Positions 26,890 to 39,253 of a stretch of DNA of 64,000 nucleotides are shown piece after piece (the first letter of the stretch is position 1; each line of letters begins with the position of its first letter). This stretch comes from Octopus bimaculoides (taxonomy: Eukaryota), in NCBI RefSeq assembly GCF_001194135.2, contig NC_068985.1, positions 78,786,162 to 78,850,161 on the forward strand. The letters are read 5' to 3'. The position numbers were made by a program, and so were the translations under genes. Under the pieces are notes generated by a model. It ran no database searches. It was not told the origin of the DNA and saw only the letters and a list, made by a program, of their open reading frames with translations.

Positions 26890-27177
26890 TTAACCCATTA
26901 CCTACCAGTGATCTCATATGAGATCACTTAAAAATTACAAATTTCGTAATTATCTGTCAATATTTACACATATCTAACCTTTTTGCTATATCTACTAGGT
27001 ATATTTCTCTGATATTCAAATAAGGTTTGCTAACTTTTCACCCAGTATCTCACTTATTTCTATTTAAAATGTTATTTTGATCATTCCAGCGTGTTTCTAA
27101 GGCTGTTTTATGCTAGAAATCAAAGTTTAATAAAAAAAAAATTCCACTTAATAGAATTATGGGAGGTAATGGGTTAA
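26890..27177. mobile_element. piggyBac-type MITE (TTAA TSD)
   Basis: ttaa|cccattacctacc ... gggaggtaatggg|ttaa, matching 16/17 including the TTAA. Perfect 22-bp internal palindrome agtgatctcatatgagatcact at 26907-26928. Confidence 0.8.
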
Positions 27178-27944
27178 GTATGTTCATCATTTTTACAAGC
27201 AGGACTCTAGCATGGCTACAGCCTTTGGACTGAAACATATAAAAGAATATATGACTCCATATAAGTGCCACTCTCTTACTGAGGCATAAAATAATTTTTG
27301 TACAACGTATGCATAAACAATTCTGACTTAGGATATTACTGCTACTCATATGATAAAACCTGGAGAGAACAACAAGTAAATTCTACTCCAGCAGGTTTAA
27401 AACTCATGACCAAGAGAACAGAAACTTAAGACTCTGATATGTTTAGAATATATTCCACTGTGTCAATGGCTACCACTGTCTTTATGACATTTATAATCTT
27501 TTCTTACATTGGTACAAGTCCACAAATTTTAGTGAGGAAAGTGTAGTCAATTTAATGAACCTTAGTACTTAACTGATACTAAAGAACAATAATAAGCATA
27601 GATGGTATTGGAGGAATTAGTAGTCAGAATGTAATGAAATATAAGTAATATGTACAGTCATTTATTCATTCCATCAAGTATGCTTATCATTACTATTTCA
27701 TTATTGGTATACAATGTATATTATGTGTATTCATTCATTTTTATGTGTATTTTTCATTATTGACATGGGTTAGATGAATATTTTCCCTGATGCTAATAAG
27801 CCATACCTGTTTTTAAAGTAAGAGGTCTGATGTTCTACATGGCACAAAACAAATAAAGGATTTAACAGGTGTGACAACACTGCTTAAAAGTCACAGTGTT
27901 CATAGAAGCAAGAACAAATGTAGACAAAACCACACATGTAGATA

Positions 27945-28226
27945 GGAGAAGACCCCCTTTGGTCATGAATGACCATGGGATTGCACCTAGAAAGTTACCC
28001 TCCGAGGCACAAGTCCGGGCAAGGTTGTTTGTGGAAGGCCAGCAGTCGCCCATGCATACGGCCAATACAGCTTGGCACCAGTGATGTCGCAACTCATTTC
28101 TACAGCTGACTGGAGCAACATGAAATAAAGTGTCTTGCTCAAGAACACAACATGCAGCCTGGTCCGGGAATCGAACTAACAACCTCACAATCATAAGCTC
28201 AACACTCTAACCACTGAGCCATGCAC
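27945..28226 (-). mobile_element. tRNA-derived SINE, family E; others at about 62160-62470, 55500-55722, 51405-51625, 42200-42470, 44920-45062 (minus) and 59495-59650 (plus, 3' half)
   Basis: Sense head gcatggctcagtggttagagtgttgagc...gttcgattcccggacc, then ttcttgagcaagacactttatttcatgttgctccag. Confidence 0.8.
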
Positions 28227-29849
28227 CTTCACATAGATACATGCATATATATATACATACATACACACATACATGATTTCCATTCACCAAATCTATTAAC
28301 AAGGCTTTGGTTAGCCAGGAGCTATAGAAGACACATCCTCAAGGTGTCACACAGAGGGACTGAACCTAAAATCACAGGGTTGGGAAGCAAACTTTTTAAC
28401 TACACAATCACACATGAGACTTCTGAAATTATGAAGTTGGGAAGCATGAAGACTTTTCTACCTGAAGAAACTTCAAATAATGAAGTAAAAGATATGAATC
28501 AAGTAAATTTAATAGCTATGCTCAACATGTATTGATTATTTTTATCTCGTTCATTATAAACACAATGAAATATATATTATATATATTGGTACTCTTTTTA
28601 TAGACTCTGGAGGGAACAAATACAAAGCTAGCATGGCAGAAGCCAATAAAAAAATATTTTCATATGTGTATAGATATATATAATTATATTATATTATATA
28701 TTTATTTATATGTATGTATGTATACATACCATACACGGACACACAAACTTTATAAACCAGAATGATAAAGGTCAAAGTCATTATGGATCCAAATGGACTT
28801 TGTTTTAAATTTTTGTTGTCATTTTTATGCCATGAATGATTCAAATGATATCTTCCTCTCTTCATTTCACCAGCCTCAGAGGCTCAAGCAAAAAAGTCAT
28901 GACTGTAACCATTCCTATTCTAATTTGACATTAAAAGTAAAAACAGAAGTTAATCCTAGTGCAAGAGTCCAGAACATTGATTTAGGAAAAGAAAACAATA
29001 AAATTTTTAAAAAACTTGAGAGTATGTGTGTGTGAGTTCTCATGTCTGTATCATCTTTTGGAAATTGAGAACTTCAAGCTAGAATCAAAGTTAATCTTCT
29101 GAACCATGAAGATTCATATGATTGTGAGGGTTTAACTTTGGTTTCCATTGTGCTGATTGGATGAGAGATAAAAATTTCCCAGGATAAAACTGGTTTATTC
29201 GCAGGTAGCTTTTTCCCACAAGAGGAACTGAACTTGGCACTGCAAATTAATAAATCATTCGTCGAGTTGACAGTACTACTTCTTGGAGTAGCAAATTGTT
29301 CCTATATTGGTTTCAAAGTTTCATACAAAGCCAGTAAGTTTAGAAGATGGGTTAGTTGATTAAATTGACCCATATTTCATCAACTGTGAATGGATGAAAG
29401 GAAAAGTCAACCTCGGTGGAATTTGAACTCAGAACATAAAGATGGGCCAAATGCCACTAAGCATTTTGCCCAGTATGATTTTGCCAGTTTGTTGGCCACT
29501 TTTTGCTGTTCCTCTATTGCTGAAGTTAATTACAGCAAGTTGAGCTGGGACATTTGAGAGCTTAAGTGACCTGATCAAGGACAAATATATTGCAGTGTTG
29601 TGGATAGGGTATGAATGAACCATCAACTGCTCAGTCACTAATCAACTATTACAGCCACTTAACTTTTACCATTGAAATGGTTTTACAACCAAGGAATTCA
29701 CTTATTTAAATTTATTTTCCTAAAGGTGCTGATATGGTCGTGTCTTAAGAGGCTCAATTCCCAACTGCATGGTTGCAGATTCTGCCCCACTGCATGGCAC
29801 CTTGGCAAGTGTCTTCTACTATAGTGGATTTAGTAGACAGAAACTGAAA

Positions 29850-29881
<32 letters not shown>

Positions 29882-30823
29882 CATTTACACTCCCATAACT
29901 TAGTGCTTCAGCAAAAGAGATTGATATAATAAGTATCAAACTTAAAAAAAGTAAGTATTGGGGTTGATTCATTTGACTAACAAATTCTTCAAGGTGGTGC
30001 TCCAGCATGGACACAATCTAATGACTGAAACAAGTAAAAGGTATACCCTTCAGGTTTTTTGAAAAGCCTGTTTACTCAACAAGTTCAGGAACCCCAACTA
30101 CAAACCCAAATTAGGAACTGCTGCTTTATCACATGTCCTTGGCAACATCCACAATGACCACATCAGTCACTATTACATCCACTTGGTCCCTACTAACTCC
30201 GTCCTTTGTATTTTTTTGGACCTATGTGGACATTTTATTTATTATACAAATGAAGATCTTTAAATGAAATGGTTGAACAAAAAGTTACTTATTATTATTA
30301 TTATTATTCCTATTTGATGCACAAAGTTTTGTGAAAGTACCTAGGGTGCTTCATTCACAATCACTAGATTGTGGGTTAGATTCCCAGACCGGACAGTGCA
30401 AAACACTTCATTTCATGCTGCTCTGTAATCATTTCGACATCTGACATGTGGCACACTTGTGCATCTGTACAGGCAATATTGATTGATGGAGGGAGTGAGC
30501 TAATGTGTACAGCACATACATTTTATCACTATAAACAAATCATTTGGGCAGGTCATTCAGCAAAATCTGACCACTCACATGTTATCTTTGATGGGAGATT
30601 CCATCATTATCATTCAATAGTTTCAGGCAAATTTCTACTGCATCACCTGGTACACCTCCATGTTCCTGAGATGTATGCGGCATTGTGTGTCCTTGTTTTT
30701 GTTGGTGGAGTACACTCTTCCCATTACTGTATTGCATCAGTTTGCTTTGTTGTGAGGCTTGGCTTGAGTTTTTTGTTGCATTAGTGCTGGTGTTGCATCT
30801 TGTTATTATTATCATTATTATTT

Positions 30824-30878
<55 letters not shown>

Positions 30879-31442
30879 CAGCTGCAGCGACAATAACAAT
30901 AACAGTAGCAGTGTTCCATTTGAAATTCAGCTATACCGAATTCCAGGTAATGTTTCTTAGTAATTTCCATACCTTTCTTCATGTGTGATTTCTCTGTTCT
31001 TGTAGAGTTGGAAGCAAGATATAAATGAGTGAGAAGAGTCAACAGTACCAACCAACCAGCTAGGAAAGGGATTGGTTCATGAAGTAAAAGAAAAGAGATG
31101 GGAGCTGAAGGAAATAAGAATTGGTCATGAATAAAAAGTTCTGTGTATACATAAAGAGCTGAAAATGTGTGTGTAAATATATATATATATGTGTGTGTGT
31201 ATGTAGATGATACTGCAATAATGAAAATCCAACAAACAAAATACAAAATTAAAACCAAGTATTAGTAATCAGAAAGTCATAATAATAATAAGAAGAATCA
31301 ACACTAGAAAACAACAATTTTTTCCCACAATTATTATTATTAGTATTATTTTTTGCAAAAAATACCCTATGTTCTATGAACTGTTCTACAAAGCCAATAT
31401 TATGTATTGTGCAATAATGATGATGATGATGATGATGATAAT

Positions 31443-32330
31443 GGTTTCTTATATAGGTACAAGGCCCGAAATTTGAGGGGAGATGTTAGTCGATTGAATC
31501 GACTCTAGTGCTTAACTGATACTTTATTTATTGAGTTCCTCATTCCCCACATTGGAAAGATGAAAGGCAAAGTCAACCTTGGCAAAATTACATGAACAAT
31601 TACAAATAATAGATCTTTCTCGTTTTGGCACAAGGCCAGCAATTTTGAGAGGAAGAATGGGGGAGGGGGTGCAAACTGATTATATTGACCCTGAAAGGAC
31701 GAAAGGCAAAGCTGACCTTGGTGGCATTTGAACTGAGAATGTAAAGCCAGAAGTAATGCTCACTAAGTGATTTGTCTGGCATGCTAATGATTCTGCCAGC
31801 TTGGTGCCTTAATACTACTACTATTACTACTACTACTACTACTACTAATAATAATAATAATCCTTTTTACAATAGGTACAAGGCTTGAAATTTTAAGGGA
31901 GGGAATTAGTCGATTACATCAACCCCAGTGCTCAACTGGTATTTATTTCATCGACCCTGAAAGGATGAAAGACAAAATGAACCTCAGTGGAATTTGAACT
32001 CAGGACATAAAGACGGACAAAATGCCATGAAGCATTTTGCTCAGAATGCTAACAATTCTGCCAGCTCACCCCCTTCTAATAATAATAATAATAATAATAA
32101 TAATGATGATGATGATGAGTTCTTACATAGGCACAAGGCTACACATTTGTAGGGTAAGGGGAAGTGGAGGGCCGCTTCAGTTGACTAAATCAACCCCCAC
32201 TCCCACAGTGGATAGCCGCCAAAATTGATTTTGGCAAGATCTGAATCAGACTCAGAAGAGATGACACTTCAACACCACAACATGGCATTTAGTTCAACAT
32301 TTAAACAATTCTGCTATTATTAATCAACCT
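31443..32330 (-). mobile_element. Cluster of four head-to-tail Meta-type SINEs
   Basis: Modules at about 31443-31590, 31620-31810, 31860-32075 and 32125-32330, separated by (TAA)/(TAC)/(GAT) tracts. Confidence 0.75.
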
Positions 32331-32477
32331 TACAATAATAATAATAATAATATGTGCAGCATGCTACTCTAATTCCAAAAGTAACATTGGCCAACACAGA
32401 TTAATTGAAAAACAAAGAAAAGAAAAAAAATATTTACTTGAGGTTGCAAATTATAGGATTTGATATAACCTTATGGC

Positions 32478-34110
32478 TAATACCAAGGCCCTGTGATTAT
32501 TACAAAGACTCTGTAGTAATGTGGATATTACCAAGGGCAAGTGGTTATTACCAAAGCCATGTGATATTACCAAGGCCATGTGATATTATTGCCAGAACTG
32601 TGTCATATTATTACCAAGGCTGTGTGATGTAGTTACCAAGACCATGTGATATTGTTACCAAGGCTGTGTTATATTATTATCAAGGCTGGGTGATTATTAT
32701 TAACAGATTTACATGATGTTAATTATCAAAGCCATGTGATCATTAATAGGGCAGTATCATATTATGAAAATGGTGATAATATTATTTCCATCATTAAGAT
32801 TATTACCATCAGCAGTAGCATTACCAGGTCTATTTGAAATTACCAAGACTATTATTTACCAAAACTGAGTGATACTGTCAAGATGGTCAAAATAAACATT
32901 ATTGAATTTGTGCGGTATTACCACAGAATATAACTATGAAGTCCATGAAATAATTTGTCAAGGCTACAAAATATTTTACCAAGGCCACAAGATATTATCA
33001 AGGCCATGAATATTACGAGGTTTTTGCCATATTACAAACATGTTGATATTATCAAATATCCAGTATTTCCAAGGCTGAATGATATGAAAAAGATGTAATT
33101 ATTGCCTGAACTATGTGATATTACCAAAGCTGTGTGGTATTTCTGAAAGCTGTGACATTACCAAGACAATGATATAAATAATTATCAAATCTGTATAATA
33201 TTAAGAAGGCCATAAGATTCTACAAAGTCTCTGATAATACTAAGACTATACATATTGCCAAATTGCATGGTGTTATTAAGGTCACAGGATATTTATGTGA
33301 CCATATTGTAAAGGCCTGTTTAACCATTTGGCATTTAAACCAGCAACATCCCACCCAAATATTCTACTTGTGTCATGTACAAACCAGCCAGATCCAGCCT
33401 CTCACACTTACCCTACAATGTCACTCTAAAAATAAACAATCATACCATTGAAATCTTGTAGGTATGAGATAATGCATGATTAATTCAAAACAATGTGATT
33501 AAATAAGCATTACATTTGACAAAGTAATTTGAAATCTAAAGATTTAAAACAACAAAACTGGTGATATTATAACTAAAATTTGTAGGATTATTATCCAAGT
33601 CTGTGTGATATGACCAGTGTTGGTGATGTTATCAAGGTTATTTGATATAACCAACATAGTAACATAAAGAATGTGTAGAATTTAATAAAGTCACATTACC
33701 ATATTTACACTGTATCAACCGGGCTGTATGAATTTATAAGACCTGTTTTATATCAGCAAGGCTGCATTATTCCCAAAGTTGTATATGATATCAACAAGTC
33801 TATGATATTATGAATAATGTATGTTATTACAAAGTTTATGTAGCATAATCAATGAAATATCAACCAAACTACATGATATTTCCACTGATTTACTGATGAA
33901 GTGTAGCTTTATCAAAGATGTTTTCAACTGAGATACAATATTACCAATACTATATTATTTAGTATAGCAACATTGTTATATAACTATGACTGTGTGATCT
34001 TAGGATGATTGTGATATAACAATAGGAGTAACATTATCAAGTCATAAAGTAGTACCAAAATCAAAATACAAGAATGCTACTAAAGCCCCAGGGTATCACC
34101 CATGACCATG
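32478..34110. repeat. Degenerate minisatellite, ~19-22-bp monomer (attaccaaggc[c/t][a/g]tgtgat)
   Basis: Many recognisable copies; best preserved at 32560-32740; interrupted by a MITE. Confidence 0.85.
33319..33548. mobile_element. Second TTAA-flanked MITE family, older copy inserted in the minisatellite array
   Basis: Degenerate termini ttaaccatttggcattt ... aaatctaaagatttaa. Its right end is homologous (inverted) to the fragment at 19391. Confidence 0.6.
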
Positions 34111-34240
34111 AAATTATGCTTGGGGATAGCATCATTGTTGGGTATACATATATAGAGATACATACACACACGCACATAATACATGTAATTTATATTCATG
34201 GATTATACGTATATACACACACATATACACAGATATACAC

Positions 34241-34296
<56 letters not shown>

Positions 34297-35149
34297 ACAC
34301 ACAGATACAACATGGGCTTTCCTCCTTTTTTTTCCAGCAAGAAACTAATACAACATTTATCAAAACTTGCCCCTACCATGTTGTCTTCTCTTTGTGCATG
34401 TTGCCTTCTTAGTATATATATATATATATATATAAAATCATAATTACAGACATCTCAAAAGTAAATAGATGGTCCTCCTTATACTGATTTATCTCTGCAG
34501 ACACAACTCATTAGTACCATGCCAAAATGGGTTAAACCATTAAATAGCTGCACAAGACATATCTACTAAATACTAGATTAATTATTTAAATGCATAAAAT
34601 GACATTATCTTGATTATAGACATAGGTTTTTCAAGAATGGTGTCTATTTACTTTTGAAATTTCTGTGTGTATACAAGTGTGTGTGCGTGTGTATATATAT
34701 ATATATACACACACATATATTAGTTGCTATTATGTTAAACTGTCGTATGTCCAAATTTGGCCAAATGTGTTTTTTCCAATATTTAATTTTGCTTGAAATA
34801 GCTGGTTCTTTTGGTCAAACTATCATATCTCCAGCTGCTTCAGATGAATATTGTCTAAGTGTAGTGCAACAGTTTAGCATTTTTCAAAAGTGTAGTAAGC
34901 CCTACATACGACAGTTTTGCAAAAATATTTCTGTCTGAAAATATCATACATGCATGTAGTTACGATTTTATGCACCCACAAAGTATTATTGTTAAGCTGA
35001 AACTGTTGCTAATGTAAAAAGAAATGAATGGGTAAGTCTATTTTTTAACTTTCTGAAAAAGAACATTTTGGACTTACGACACGTTTGCATTATAGCAATA
35101 ATGTATGTGCGTATAAATACATACATATATATATATATTACACACTCAC

Positions 35150-36725
35150 ATACAGTCATGATACTGCTTATCTATGTGATATTAATAAAGCCATGCCTTT
35201 GCAATATGAAAACAATATTACTAAAATCATGACACTACCTAGGCAGTAGGATATTACTGCAGACTATGATATCCGTGTCTAACCTTGGTGCATGGTTATA
35301 TATTTTAGAGGAGAGTACAGTTGATTAAACCACTCTTTGTATTGGACTGGTATTATATTTTATCAACCCAGGAAGGACGAAAGACTAAGTTGACTTGGCT
35401 GCTCCATCTTTCTGTCAATTCTGCTAATCAACCTACCATGATATCAATGTTACTAAAGCCAAGACAATCTCATAGGCTGTGATAATTTTATCCTGTGGGC
35501 TGTGTGATATTAACAAAGTTATAGATCATATTACCTTAACAACAATGTTATTTAAGCCATGATATCACATTGTCTGTGTGATATTAATATAATTGTATTA
35601 CCTTGACAACAATGTTATTAAAATTATGGTATCACATGGGCTGTTTAATATTAACAAGAGCATTATATTACTTTGACAACAATGTTATTAAAGCAATGAT
35701 ATCATGCTGGCTGTGATATTAACAGAAACATATTATTACCATGAGATAATCTTATTATTAACACCATGGTTACAAGACAGGTTATGTGATATACACAAAA
35801 CTATATTACCTTCATAACAATGTTATAAAAAAAAACTAACTTGGCAATGTTATTAAATCTATTGTATTACATGGGCTGTGTGATATTAACAAGACCATGC
35901 TATTACCTTCGCAACAAGGTCATTAAAGCTATAGTATCACATGGGCTGTGTGATATTAAGAGAACAATGATATTTCTATGGTGACATTGTCATTAAAATT
36001 ATTGTATCACATGGGCTGTGTGACATCAACAAGAAATGATATTAACCATGGGATAAACATGAAAACTTGGGTATTACATGGGCTGTGTAAAATTAACCAC
36101 GACCCATGATAATACTTAACAACAATCTTACTAAGGCCATGATACCATCTAGGTTTTATGATATTAATTAATATAACAATGACAATGATTTTCTTAAAGC
36201 TAACACATTACCAACAGTCAACAATAGTAGATAGCCCATATGATGTCACATGGACCATGTGATATTTCTGAAAGAGAATTGAACAGTGTAATCGATTCAA
36301 TTAATCAGTGTATTACTGGTATCTATTTTTAACCAAAAAGCAAAGTTGACCCTGCAAGGATTTGAATTCAGATGGGTGCAACTAAATTATCTACAACATA
36401 TAGTCGAAATGCTCTACTATTTTCGCCAACTCACTGCCCTCTAGGCTGTGCAATATTAAGATGACCACAATATCACTATGACAATGATATTATCGAGACT
36501 ATAAGGCATTATCAATACTCTGATATTACCGATATCTCGATATTATCAACAGACAACATTAACCAACAACGCCATGATACCACTTTAGGCTGTGTGATAT
36601 TTAACTAGGCAGTTAGTGACATTATATACAAAGGCTCTATAGTATTCACCAGGGCTGTGAAAATAATAACAAGGCCATGAGATTATTACCAGGGTTGTGT
36701 GCGATATTATTACCAAGTCTATAAT
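35150..36725. repeat. Continuation of the minisatellite; ~67-73-bp higher-order unit at about 35440-36180
   Basis: atgggctgtg recurs at 35871, 35941, 36011 and 36078, with variants at about 35496, 35569, 35636 and 35704. Confidence 0.85.
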
Positions 36726-37345
36726 ACCAAAAGTATCACGTTATCATGACAAGAACAAGAAGAAAAACAAAGAAAAAAAAGAACCAGGATAATTTGCTTT
36801 TCTTTTGAGAGATGAGAGGGAGAGAGAGAGTGAGAGAGAGAGAGAGAGATAGAAAGAGAAACAAAGAGAAATAAAAATAAATTCAGAGGGAAAAGTTAGA
36901 TTTGGTTAAATTCCTTTGAATTGTTGTTTTAAAATCAGTTTGGAGTATAGCAACTCTTTCTCTTAGTTCCTCAAACTGTAGGTTCTTTTCTGAAGATGTT
37001 CATTATCTAAGACAGAGAAAGTATATATGAAAAATATATGTAGAGTGAGAAAGAGAGCCAGAGAAAAAGAGAGTTCATGAGGCAGAGATAGAGAGAGAGA
37101 GAGACTGAGAGTAAGAGAGAGAGAGAGACTGAGAGTAAGAGAGAGATAGAGATAGACAGAGAAAAAGAGAGGGAGAGAGAAGAATTGTGGTTATTGTCTT
37201 CTTAGTCTTATTGCAACTCTTCAGATATGTTATTAATTTTTTTCTCTTTTTTTCTTTTTTACATTTAGAATAATATGGTTCTTCATTCATACTGCACCCC
37301 CCACCATCCCCACACTTTAGTATTGTTTCCCCCCACTCAGCATTT

Positions 37346-38262
37346 TTATCGTCTTTTCGCTTTGCCATCAGTAACTCGACCCCACTTCTGCAGCCGTTGC
37401 ACCAACTGTTTGCTGACTGGAGGAATAGGATAAGAATCGCGAATGTGCAGGATACCTTTTTGGATGAAGTTGTAAGTGTTGGTTAGAGTCCTGGGGTATT
37501 GCATATTAAACACCCAATATGCAGAGAAAAGGGCTGCAAATGCAATGGTGAACTCTTCAAATTCTTGGACAATCTGTTCTTCAGCAACAAGGAAAAACTC
37601 GTCGCTTTTGAAAATTGGACCTTTTGAGAGGAGCATAGGTACAATTCGACCTTTAGGGTCAGGCTCTTCCATGCTCCCTATCTCGTAGACCATTTCTGTA
37701 AGATTTTCTCGCATAAGCATTGGTAAAAGGCAGAGTGCAGTGACCATGTCCCAATACTGTCTTAGAGCAACGTTCTCTTCTTTGACTTCACTGGCTTGTT
37801 GTAAAATGCCACTGGATCCCGGGTAGTTACGCGAGAGATCAATAATGCCACTGGCATATTTGACACAATATTCTTGGATGGTATGGTCAATATCCAAATC
37901 TGTAACACGCTGAAACTCAACGAGCAACTCCTTGTCAATGAACAAACATGGGTAGGTTTCCTTAATCATGGCAATAGTTGGTGCTTCAATAGTAATGAAG
38001 GATCGACGGACATCAAATGTATTCTCCATATATAGGCGAATGTCACTAGGAGATTTGCTTTCCATGTCATCCCTTGACGACGAGGACGGCTTCATTTTCT
38101 TTTCATTTGGGTAGTCATTGTTTTGGTCGGCAGAGTCGAGATCTTGTGAGACACTTGTTGATGGAGTTATGTTGTCAATACTACTCGACTTCCGTTTGCC
38201 TCGCTGTGACATCATCGAAGGACTTAAAATTGGCAACTCCAAACTCTCGTTTTGATATTTGG
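37346..38262 (-). CDS. Terminal coding exon (~305 codons) of a spliced gene; SAMD3-like C-terminal domain protein
   Basis: Uninterrupted ORF, visibly more GC/CpG-rich than its flanks. On the minus strand it is preceded by a polypyrimidine tract and acceptor (ttttgttttctttctttgtattttcAG|CC AAA TAT, phase 1) and ends at TAA 37348-37346. Motifs MENTFDVRRSFI...IKETYPCL and EFFLVAEEQIV...AFAALFSAYWVFNMQYPRTLTNTYNFIQKGILHI resemble the SAMD3 C-terminal region as I recall it (not searched). Basic NLS-like patches RGKRKS, KKMKP, KAKRR. The ORF-track start at 38287 is intronic. Confidence 0.85.
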
Positions 38263-38888
38263 CTGAAAATACAAAGAAAGAAAACAAAAGTAAGCAGTGG
38301 TAAAAGAAAAAAAATGCATTAGAATTATTAAAAATAGTTTTAAAGAAACTATGACAATAAACAATTAAGTAAAACTTTTAATTTTTATGATGTGCAAATT
38401 GATATTTCAATAGCAAAGAAGACAGAACTATTCTTATGAGATACAAAATGACAGAAGGTGTTATTATTTAAGTGATTTTACAAATGTTTAAACTAGTTTT
38501 GTGTCATACAGTGTTTGTGGTATAATTTTGTAGCTCAACTTAACTATTTTCCTCAGTATGGACGCATTCCCACAGCTTTCCATGCACTTACAATTCACCT
38601 CTGATATTCAAACATGCCCTAATCCTGTTCTACGCCATCACTCAATTTGCTAAAAATAGCAACCAGATCTCAAATCACACTCTTTAACAAAAAGAGAGGT
38701 CACACGAGATGATGAAATCCTAGATGCACACTCGCTGAACAGTAAAAGGTAAAAAAAATAGAATGAACAAAATTTGAATCTCTTAGTTAATAAGTTTACT
38801 TGATCAATGTTGGCTCATGAGCGGGGATAAGGACAAAAACAAACACTAAAAAAAAAAAGACATTAAAAACATATATATATATGTCATA

Positions 38889-38932
38889 CCGGCCATGACG
38901 AAGGGAAATAGCCCTGAAACTCGAGTCGTCTT
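38889..38932 (+). ncRNA. Minimal hammerhead motif with palindromic stem-III loop; C3 replaced by A
   Basis: ATGACGA 38895-38901; stem II AGGG-aaatag-CCCT; GAAAC-TCGA-GTC 38916-38927; weak stem I. Confidence 0.55.
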
Positions 38933-39218
38933 TATATATATATATTTATATTTATATATTTATATATTTGATCCTTTATATTGAACACTCAATATTTCAT
39001 CTACATTCAATACTTTCTTTCATGGTGCCATCCATTTTTATTTTATTTTATTTTATATTGTATATTGTATATTCCATATTCTATACCCCACATTAGTTCT
39101 GCAGGAATATAAATAAAACATAAAAAACAGATAGTGTTGGAACTCTTTTAAGCAAAATAATATATTCCTCTATACACAATCATACAAAAAACCCCCACCT
39201 TTTTTGTATTTATTTTTA

Positions 39219-39253
<35 letters not shown>

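Noticed and set aside
35440-36180. Palindromic repeat units resembling a CRISPR array
   Set aside because: The intervening sequences are homologous to each other, the context is eukaryotic and there are no cas genes; it is a tandem repeat.
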